A stretch of DNA of 64,000 nucleotides, taken from positions 62,001 through 126,000 of the forward strand of contig CBFFSA010000012.1 in the NCBI GenBank assembly GCA_965644495.1. Reading direction: 5' to 3'. The notes below the pieces were generated by a model. That model saw only the letters and a program-made list of their open reading frames with translations, did no database searches and had not been told where the DNA came from. Below, piece after piece: positions 55,507 to 64,000 of the stretch; the first letter of the stretch is position 1, and each line of letters begins with the position of its first letter. The translations under genes and the position numbers were made by a program. Origin of the DNA: Perkinsela sp. CCAP 1560/9. Taxonomy: Eukaryota; Protista; Euglenozoa: Kinetoplastea.

Positions 55507-57453
55507 CTAAGGGTTTCTTTGGAACCTGTCCATCATCCAGCGTTTCTCTCGTTCTTGTTTGACTAGTTTCGCTTCTTCCGTGTACAGCTTATGCGCTTTG
55601 GTCGCTTCTTTTATGTTGCCGATCAAGCGGTCCCTTTCTGAGCGTCCGTGGGTAAAGGAAAGAGTACGTTTCAGTTGACGGATGTGTCCTGCTAGTTGCT
55701 TCGCAGAGCGGTCATAGCTAAGGGGTCGTGTGGGGCGTTTCGCATGGCCAATTTTGGAGCGCAATTTGAACCCTTTGGTGGGGTCGAGTTCCCGTACAAC
55801 TTCATAAACCGAGACCGCCATGCAAGCTGTCAGTAATTCCGTATGTAGTAGGGCTTCGCTCGGGGTTGATGCAGGCTTTAAGTACTTTTTACATCTATCC
55901 ATGGCCTTCTTTATTGCCAGCTGCCATTGGTCCTGTGAGAGGCTTATCATGACCCGCCCTCCTTCGATCGTACGCATGGTGCTTAACAAGTATTCAGCCG
56001 TCTCGGTGTCTAATATGTTTTCATTTCGAGATCTATTCCTCTGTGAGTTCAGGATCGTGCTGTCATTCGGCCCGTGGGTCTGCCGTGGTCCGCCCCGCGG
56101 TGGGAGAGTCTGGGTAAGCGTCTGTGTGTTACTTTCAGTTCCGAAGGTTGGCGCTGGTTCCGAGGTTACGTTGTTCACCGGTGGATGTGCTGGTTGTCGT
56201 GGAGACTGATTGATGCGGGTTTCTTCGGAGGCATTTGTGGAGCGTCTTTCGTGGCGCTGATCTCGTGGTGAACTCCGTGCGGCGCCTATTTTGGTTTCTA
56301 CCTGTCTTTGGGGCTCAAAAGATACGGATCTTTCGCTGTGACCAGCAGGTGCTTGTCCGTTTGTCTCGTTGTTAGACAGATTCCACGAGAAGAGGTTGCG
56401 TAGGCTCCAGCGGGTGGGTTCCTGCCGAGCGTCCTGAGGGCGGCTGAGTACTCCCTCCTTACAACATTGGTGTTTGCATTCGGCCTTGTTGCGGCATACG
56501 TACTTGCAGGGCCTGCGCGAGAGTTCTTGTTCTTCCGACGTTGTTATGTGATGCAGATTTCTGTCTGGCGGTGTCTGAGTGCGTGGGGCGGGTGAGGGAG
56601 GGGTGGCAATTACTGTTGTTTCTTCGTTTAGGGATTCAAGTCTTCTAGGGTCGATCTTTACCCCAATCTTGCAACACATGTGCTTACATTGTTGCTTGTT
56701 TTGGCAAATGTGTTTACATGATCGTCGAGGTGTCGCGCATGTGCTAGACGTTTGTTCATCTCGAAGCCATGGTGTAGCATCAGGCCTGGCATCAGACTTT
56801 TGGATTGCACTATCTGCTCTCTGCATATCTGGGTGAGGTGAGGGGTGGTCCATAGGTTCGGGGTCAATACTGATCTTGCAACATTGGTGGAAGCATATGC
56901 GCTTGTTCAAAAATCGATGAGAACACGGTTGAGTACGGCTGGGTCGAGCTTCGTGGTTGGGGGTTGGTTCGTCCGTTGTACGAGGCAGCGGATGACTTCT
57001 GTTTGGTGCATGGCCACCCGGTTCCTCTGGACGATTGTTGGTGAGCTCGGGTTCCATCCCAACTTTGCAACACGGGTGGAGACAGGTGCGTTTATTCGAG
57101 CAGCGGTGGGCACAAGGTTGTTGCCGCACTGTCCGCGTTCCTTGTGCCGCCGCCTGATTGGGCTTCCGGATCAGGAAAGGTTCGCCGTACTCAATCCTAG
57201 TTCTTTCCCAAGAGCCTTCATCGTGTACTTCCTTAGTGTGGACGTGGGTTAGGTCGAACGCCGCAAGTCCCGAGATGTTGTTCCCAGCCAGTTTCTTCTT
57301 GATGGCGCGTCCAAGGGTTCCAGGACAAGAGTACTGTTTATCTAGCTGTAGAGATGCGTCTGCGTGTGCTGTCGCCCAGCTAGTGTGCCGGAATATCCTG
57401 TGTGGCGGTGCAATTTCGCGGAATACGAAATGTTCGCATGCTTCCTCGTTCAT
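55507..57453 (-). CDS. N-terminal part of the retrotransposon protein, with four CxHxCxNKxxCxHxCCK repeats; in frame with the RT across one TAG
   Basis: Repeats are visible in the translation; 58 open codons link the TAG at 55507-55509 to the ATG at 55332. Confidence 0.8.
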   Translation of the reverse strand: MNEEACEHFVFREIAPPHRIFRHTSWATAHADASLQLDKQYSCPGTLGRAIKKKLAGNNISGLAAFDLTHVHTKEVHDEGSWERTRIEYGEPFLIRKPNQAAAQGTRTVRQQPCAHRCSNKRTCLHPCCKVGMEPELTNNRPEEPGGHAPNRSHPLPRTTDEPTPNHEARPSRTQPCSHRFLNKRICFHQCCKISIDPEPMDHPSPHPDMQRADSAIQKSDARPDATPWLRDEQTSSTCATPRRSCKHICQNKQQCKHMCCKIGVKIDPRRLESLNEETTVIATPPSPAPRTQTPPDRNLHHITTSEEQELSRRPCKYVCRNKAECKHQCCKEGVLSRPQDARQEPTRWSLRNLFSWNLSNNETNGQAPAGHSERSVSFEPQRQVETKIGAARSSPRDQRHERRSTNASEETRINQSPRQPAHPPVNNVTSEPAPTFGTESNTQTLTQTLPPRGGPRQTHGPNDSTILNSQRNRSRNENILDTETAEYLLSTMRTIEGGRVMISLSQDQWQLAIKKAMDRCKKYLKPASTPSEALLHTELLTACMAVSVYEVVRELDPTKGFKLRSKIGHAKRPTRPLSYDRSAKQLAGHIRQLKRTLSFTHGRSERDRLIGNIKEATKAHKLYTEEAKLVKQEREKRWMMDRFQRNP

Positions 57454-57655
57454 TACGTCTTGTAAAGTGCATTTTTCTACTAATATACCATCAGACCGCT
57501 TTGCTCCTGTTTCAAGGGTTCGTGCTAAGGAAAGTTCCGCTGAAATTTCGGCATTGAAGGGGACCTCGAGGGAGGTCGCCTTGCGCCTGGGGGGCAGAGG
57601 TAGTGGTGTGGAGTGACATGCCCCTGTAGGGGTGACAACAGTTAGTACAAAAGAT

Positions 57656-57683
57656 CAACAAGGTACAGAAACTGTATCTTTAT
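57656..57683 (-). other. Spliced-leader exon copy (3' 28 nt)
   Basis: ATAAAGATACAGTTTCTGTACCTTGTTG, identical to the 19922 copy except for the last base. Confidence 0.82.
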
Positions 57684-58561
57684 GCGTGGTTGTGTGCCTA
57701 AAGACGTACAGGAGTATATCTAGGGGACTTCCGGAGATATTTGTAAGCCAGGTGCGAAGTTTGTGTTGGAGACTCTTAAGCAGTATCTTCCCTTGTTAAG
57801 CGCCGGGATTCAGTGTCATGCCAACGAAGAGAGTAGCTGTCCACAGTACACTTCCGCACTAAGCCATGTAACGTAGCCTTATCTCGCTTCTTAACAGTAG
57901 TCTATACTGTGCGACTGCAACTAACATCCCTTTCGATACTTGTAATGGTTGCCATGTAGAAGGATTGAAGAACGGCCTTCGATACCCATCTTAGAAGTTG
58001 TCGTTTCCATTTAAAAGCAGTCACTCGGCTGACCGTACACAGGGACGGCTGACCGTACACAGGCTATACTAGACATTTCAACCCTCTGACACAGCTTAAT
58101 CCGGAACATGAATTTCGTCTTCGCCATCTTCGGCTTACCCGAAAAATAAGGAGTAAAACTGCTTAATCGCTCTCGACACTTTGCGTTTCCATTCCTTCCC
58201 CAAAATACCGGTCGAACAAAAAAATTGACATTTTTTAAATTTGGTCCTTCGAGCTCGAAAAAAAAGTCGGACCAATATTTATGTGGAGTAGAATTATTGG
58301 AGCCAAATTTTTCGTGCATTGAAACAAAAAAAATTATCTTCCTGGCCTCCCTCGAGGTTTGACATCGTTATTAGATTTTTCGTTTTCCAGAAAACGAAGG
58401 ACCGTACTTTCAGATTTTTTGCTTCGTGTGTTGTTCCAGTAGCCCACAACACTTGCGACCTTTCATGTCTCACACAATTGTGTGAATCAAAATGAAGCAA
58501 AATCACTCGCTTTGTTGGTCGGGGAAAAATGCATTTTTTACGTTGCAGCCTTTCAACCTTA

Positions 58562-60003
58562 CCGTCACCCCCCCTCACTTGTCCTACCACGTTGCATATC
58601 CGCTTTTGAGAATCTGAAGGCGGATAAGTCATGTGGTAGCCCCTCTGCCCTTGATCATTTTTGAAAATTTAGTTTTCGTATTTTTAAGTTGCAGATATTT
58701 AATAGAAACCAGTTACGACTATCTCTACAAAGTACGACACTCAGTCTACAGATATTATCTCTTTAAAAATTATTTGAATCATGATGTCCAGAAAGAAGCG
58801 AAACTACGAACCATTCAACGCTAGTCAAGTACTAGTACTCATCACTTTGAAAACTGAAAACACAGCGGTAATGCCCCATGTGGGAGACACGTCTGGAAAT
58901 ATCAGAAAGATCAGAAACTGTTTTATTAAAAATGATAGCTGTATTATAAATCAGAATAAACTTAAATTGTATTTTCCGTTTTAGCGTTATACGCCTTCCT
59001 ATCTTTCATAAAATCTATATTCGCGCACTTTTTGTTTACTTGGGTTTGTTTACATGCTTTAATTCAGTTGATAATTGTTTTTCCCTTGCAAACACCATTT
59101 GTATTCATATACAATGTATTTAATCTATTAGTTCGTGGGCTCATGTTACCGGTGACACACTTTTTAGCGTAATTAAAATGTACGTTCATTTCAAGTCAAG
59201 AATCACGTTATATCACGCTATATTCGGAAAGCGATAAAGTTACCGTTTCTGTAAAGAAAACTACTTCCTCTGAAAGTTAGGCACAAATGATGCGAGATGG
59301 GGAAGTAAGGTTGGAACCTCCTCGTGGTCTTCCCTGGCACTGCCATCTCGCTGATGGTACTGACGCCGACCTAATAAAGGGGGGGCTCGTTTATTGTTAA
59401 CATTTTTTTCGAGTATTTTTCGCCAACAAAAATCGAATATTAACAATAATCGAACTTTTACCCCCCAATGTTAACATTATACGAGTTGCAATGAAAGTTC
59501 GAATATTGTTAATTTGGGTATTTCGGCACTCTCTGGAGGTCACTGAAGGTCATTGCAATCGCCGGAGCTACTAACGACTCTCCAATGATACATCTTTAGG
59601 GAACTATGTAGTTTTCAAATCCAGTTTCACCCAAAACTGTGTCTCTGGGGGTTGCCATCGTCGGGCGACCGAAACTCTGTTGTTTCAATAACATTGTTTC
59701 GCATATCGTTAAGCGCACCATTTTTCTTATCAAGAACGCTATACAACATGACCATAGGGAACAAAAAAATTCAAAAGTCACACGAAAAAACCGAAATTAA
59801 TTCATTGTTAACAATAATCGAATGTTAACAATAAACGAGCCCCCCCTTTAAGTTCGAAAAAGAGTTTTTTCATGTATACGGATGTATACAAAAATGTGTC
59901 ATACAGTTCCTCTTGATGCTACGTGACTTGTCCTACCACGCGACTTATCCGCCTTTTCCGCTTTTTTGGCCTTTTCGCCGGGACAAGTGAGGGGGGGTGA
60001 CGG
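58562..60003. mobile_element. TA-flanked non-autonomous element with CCGTCACCCCCCCTCACTTGTCC TIRs
   Basis: Perfect terminal inverted repeats, TA on both sides. Confidence 0.85.
59377..59848. mobile_element. Nested MITE with AAGGGGGGGCTCGTTTATTGTTAACA TIRs
   Basis: Inverted repeats of about 28 bp. The TSD is TA or (T/A)TAA; ambiguous. Confidence 0.8.
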
Positions 60004-60125
60004 TACTATGTTTATCCACGTACACACGGAATTTCATCTCCATTTAGGAAAAATTCGTAATGTTCATGCTATTTCAGGGAATGAAGTTTCTTAGCGATTT
60101 TCAACTCTATTTTCTGTAGTGAGCA

Positions 60126-62084
60126 ATGATCCCTGACATTGATTGCATCCTCTTGGTGAGTATTCTGTTGTGCGCCCTCTTTACATATCTGAGGACGCAT
60201 GCCAAAAATCAGCTGACTATGCAGCTTGAGCTTCTACTAGTGTTATGTCTCCATTTAGCATTTTATCTTGTGATCTGTTTGACAAGGAGTTTGCTTAAAT
60301 TTATTCGATCGTTCTTTCAAGGCCATTCGTACGAACTTCGGGCAATCATTCTTGTGATCTTCGCGGGCTTATTATCCCTCTCTGGTAAACGTGTGCAACA
60401 TTCTGCTCACTTAGCTCGTGCGGATGTCTCTGCTACGTTGTCAGATATACCCTATCACGTCTGTGGAACGCGTGACGCGTTTCCTGTACCCTGGAAAGGC
60501 ATGCTCCCGTCTCGAGCTCTTAACTTTTTTATGGGTGACCAAAATTGTCAAGTGTCACACTTTAAGAGCACTGTAGATATTCGTTGTTATTCTTATAACG
60601 TATCCGAATCACTTCGCGCATGTAGAAACCAAACCACGTGTTTTCCTGTGCTCTCGGTACAATGTACAGCTGGTCGGGGACAAGTTACAGATTGGTCAAC
60701 CCACCGGAAGGCTATCCGGGAAAATAGTTACGATACCTTTGCTGTGAGGCAAGGAAAAAAAGTTTCGCTAACGCCCATATTGCGACAATTTGAAAACATT
60801 ACAGAATTTACAATGAACATCCCTCGAGGTATCGAAAATGTCGTAGTGAAATGCGGGGACGAAACTCGGAGGCACATCTTCTTTAATCGATTTTTAGATC
60901 ACCGCATTTGTCATTCAACTTTTGCTTCGACGGCCAACGGCACTCAGTCGCTTGCACGTGAAGTCGACCAAGTTTCAACGAAACGCCCGAAATCTCCTCA
61001 ATCTACCCCGAATGTTCTTCTTGTAATTCTTGATGCCATGTCACGGCCGTTTTTTAACAGAGCTTTGCCAAAGACCAAAAAACTGTTACAAACATGGCGC
61101 AGGGAATTTCAACACCCCTCTCGAGGAAACGGTACCCCAACCTACACAGAGCCGGGTCCCGCGACAAACAGCAACCACACCGCTGCTCCCTTCCACGTGC
61201 TTGAATTTCTGCGTTATCATATTGTGGGAATGTCCACCACAGGGAACATGGTCCCCATGTTCACTGGCTACCCAACCCCAGCGGATGCCATCCCGGGATA
61301 CAACAATGGGACCTATTTGTCCTCGATTGCGAAAACCTCTGGGTATTACAGCGCGTTGCTCCACGGTATGTGTGCCCCCCACATCCCAGAGCTCTCCCAT
61401 GTCGGCAACGGATCCCTCGGGTGGGACGTGCCCGATGCGCACGAGAATTTCTGTCTTGCTGAATATCCCGAAACGGAGGGGAATTTTATTGGGCCCTATT
61501 CCCTCACAAAACGTTGCGTGACGGATCGTCACGTGCATGAGCACCTGATGAAATACACACGCGATCTGTGGGATACCATCCCGGCCGATCAGCCGAAATT
61601 TATTACCGCTGTGTTTCTGGAACCCCATGAGGGGACACAGGAAGTCGCGACGTTAATGGACCAGGATCTGGTCGATTTTCTACGTGACGCGCGGTTTCAA
61701 GACGGGAACACGCTTTTGGTGCTCATGTCGGATCACGGTCATCACATGGGGCCGTATTTTGAGTACACCACCGCTGGTCGATTGGAGCATATGATGCCGT
61801 TTGCGACACTGTTGGTACCTCACTGCCTCCTCGGGCACCACAGCCCTATTTTGGACCAACTTCGACGATATGAACGAGAAATAGTTACCCCGTATGATTT
61901 CTACCTTACGTTGGTAGATTTATTTAGATACGCAGGGAACCGTACAGTGGAGAGATTGACAGTGAGCCACACCCCATCAGGGGCTCAGTCCTTGTTGCAG
62001 CCAAAAGGGTGTGTGAACCGAAGTTGTGCACAGGCCGCGGTCCCAGAAAACTATTGTCCAAAGCGTCTGTGCTACGAGGAATAG
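60126..62084 (+). CDS. DUF229 / alkaline-phosphatase-sulfatase superfamily membrane protein
   Basis: N-terminal TM helices; NVLLVILDAMSRPFFNRALPKT, LMSDHG, TPYDFYLTL, RSCAQAAVPENYC. Confidence 0.8.
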   Translation: MIPDIDCILLVSILLCALFTYLRTHAKNQLTMQLELLLVLCLHLAFYLVICLTRSLLKFIRSFFQGHSYELRAIILVIFAGLLSLSGKRVQHSAHLARADVSATLSDIPYHVCGTRDAFPVPWKGMLPSRALNFFMGDQNCQVSHFKSTVDIRCYSYNVSESLRACRNQTTCFPVLSVQCTAGRGQVTDWSTHRKAIRENSYDTFAVRQGKKVSLTPILRQFENITEFTMNIPRGIENVVVKCGDETRRHIFFNRFLDHRICHSTFASTANGTQSLAREVDQVSTKRPKSPQSTPNVLLVILDAMSRPFFNRALPKTKKLLQTWRREFQHPSRGNGTPTYTEPGPATNSNHTAAPFHVLEFLRYHIVGMSTTGNMVPMFTGYPTPADAIPGYNNGTYLSSIAKTSGYYSALLHGMCAPHIPELSHVGNGSLGWDVPDAHENFCLAEYPETEGNFIGPYSLTKRCVTDRHVHEHLMKYTRDLWDTIPADQPKFITAVFLEPHEGTQEVATLMDQDLVDFLRDARFQDGNTLLVLMSDHGHHMGPYFEYTTAGRLEHMMPFATLLVPHCLLGHHSPILDQLRRYEREIVTPYDFYLTLVDLFRYAGNRTVERLTVSHTPSGAQSLLQPKGCVNRSCAQAAVPENYCPKRLCYEE

Positions 62085-62434
62085 GAATATTACATCTCCG
62101 TGACGAGATGTAGTACCTTGCCTGTCCATTTTGACACGCTTTAACACAGCATGTAAACAGCGTGAGTAGTAAGGAAGCGTTCAGCACCGGGAAAAACGCT
62201 TCTATTCATCATCATGGCTCCTAGTGTTTATTGGGATATCTACATCAATCATAGATTGTAGAGGATCGATCTGTGGGCCACTTGCCCGCGTGGTAAAATA
62301 GTTTTTGTCTCGGTTCTTGGTCTCCGTCTCAGATTTTTTTTGAGCCCATGTTTGCGTTTTTCTACCCAAGCCGCTGTTTCGCGTTGTTTTGCAGTGGCTC
62401 TCCCTCTTTCGCGATGTTTCGGCAAAATGCAGTA

Positions 62435-62764
62435 CTCCCCCTCTCATTAATAATTATAAACCTCCAAAAATCATTAAAGGGATCGCTTATAGAAATTTAA
62501 TGAGATTATAATTCTAAGTCTCACTTTTATAAATCTCAAATTCTTCATTTTTTATCTAGAAAGACACCTGTACCACATCCAGGTAGTGTATTTTGCACTA
62601 AAAATTGCTTCCAAGTTGAACGAAATGTCTCGAAAATCAAGAATTTGAAGTCCATAATAAGAAAAAATCACTTACCGAATCTCATTAATAATTATAAACT
62701 ATAATTATAATTATAATTATAAACGAAAAAGGTTTATACATTATAATTATTAATGAGAGGAGGG
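62435..62764. mobile_element. AT-rich MITE, TA TSD
   Basis: TA|CTCCCCCTCTCATTAATAATTATAA...TTATAATTATTAATGAGAGGAGGG|TA. Confidence 0.75.
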
Positions 62765-62852
62765 TAGCCTCTTAATTATAAAGAGTTTCGTATTTTATAT
62801 ACGAACCGTATATTTTATATACGGTCCAGTTTACCATACCAATACCCCCGTA

Positions 62853-63768
62853 ATTGCGGTGGTTGTAAAACTACCGCTCTACACTCGATTATTGAAAAAA
62901 AAGTGAACAAAAACAGTGAAAATATAAAGAGGAACACAGTAATATAATAGAAGAAAAAAATATAAAAGGGGGCTCCGGTGGACCAAAACTGAAAAAAAAA
63001 TTTGAAAAAAATGGGGGGTCCAGGGGGGGGTCCAGGGGGGGGTCCAGGGGGGGGGGTCCAGGGGGGGGGGCATGGTCGAGCAAATTTTTTCGAAAAAATT
63101 AGTTTTCGAAAAAAAACCGCAGAAAGGGTAGCCGGGGTCTTGGCGCGCATTTTCCACCCCCTACCCCGGGGTGACCCCCCCGCGTATCCGCATGACGGGT
63201 CCGCCAAGTTCGGATTTTTTCGGAAAAAACATTTTGAAAAAAAATTCAACTTGGCGAAAAAAATGACAAAAAAAATATTTTTCCAAAATCGTTTCCCCTA
63301 TTGTATTTCGATAGTTTGGGACCTACACTAGCTTTCTCCGCAGTTGTTTTCGCAAGGTATCACTTCTTCGAACCGTGGTGCGCCCCTCAAAATGACCCAA
63401 TTTTGACTAAAAAAGGTGAAAAAGTATTTTTCGGACCTAAAGGGGCATTTTTGTGTCGAACGAATGGTATGGTTGGAGTCGTATTCTCTACCCAATACGT
63501 GCGGTAGGCTTTCATTCATGCCTGCGAGTGATTTCCCACGCGCAAATGTCGGATTTAGTGCTCTGAGAGCAAAAATATGCGAAAATGACCCCATTTGTAC
63601 CCGAAATTCGGCTATTTTTGGCTATAATCTTTCCGTTTTCCAGGCTAAATTTTCTTTTTTTAGGCTCTTCGTTAAACGCGGCGGTAGTTTTCAACGCGAA
63701 GCGCGCAGCATGAGTGACTTCTAAGTTGAAAGCAACCACCGCGTTTAACGAAGAGCCTAAAAAAGAAA
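62853..63768 (+). mobile_element. Repeat family A, uninterrupted ~915-bp copy
   Basis: Starts ATTGCGGTGGTTGTAAAACTACCGC and ends in a ~115-bp fold-back; four copies occur in the window. Confidence 0.88.
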
Positions 63769-64000
63769 TATACCGGGGGGTATATTACGGTGTCCACTCA
63801 GGCTTAATATACCTCCCTCTGACACAAATGCCCAACATCCGAGAAATGGCCTAGCGAAAAGAGTATTTGTAGAAAAAGTAAGGACATTTTTTTGCGTTTT
63901 TGGGCCTAAACAGGACTTTTCTTTGATTTTATAGACACTTTTAGGGAGAAACCGCGCCGCGAAGGGGCGCGATTTCTTTTGTGGAAATTTTGGATTTAAT

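Larger units (their letters stand above)
52950..57683 (-). mobile_element. Full-length RLE-type non-LTR retrotransposon (HERO/NeSL-like), SL-headed, 10-bp TSD
   Basis: GCGAGGTTGT (52940-52949) and GCGTGGTTGT (57684-57693) flank it; SL exon at the 5' end; RT+RLE ORF. Confidence 0.88.

Overview
Eukaryotic, intron-less DNA in which every recognisable host gene lies on the + strand. These are an SR/RRM protein, an RRM-CCCH protein, a UCH deubiquitinase, a beta-adaptin, an EngB-like GTPase, CCT-theta, an ASC-1-type zinc finger, a lipase-3-like protein, a DUF229 protein and several short LRR proteins. This layout, together with genomic copies of a kinetoplastid-type spliced leader (SL), points to a kinetoplastid polycistronic cluster; a Perkinsela-like lineage is my inference. 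The intergenic space is full of nested mobile DNA: hAT, Tc1/mariner, pogo, Merlin, TAA-TSD elements, many MITEs and a hairpin-ended repeat family. Two systems stand out. (1) An SL-headed retroposon system. A 4.7-kb RT+RLE non-LTR element (52950-57683) and a ~0.56-kb non-coding, highly structured insert (19396-19955) both begin with the SL exon and end in the same covarying 3' hairpin motif. A third insert, flanked by a target-site duplication (TSD), carries tandem SL relics. (2) A bacterial IS30-type transposase embedded in a eukaryote-style element (CAC...GTG ends, arrays of a 17-bp subterminal repeat, a ~146-nt rod-like hairpin) that has jumped into a host repeat. Sharp C-rich to G-rich strand flips inside two genes are also notable. 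All calls were made by eye; no database searches were run.
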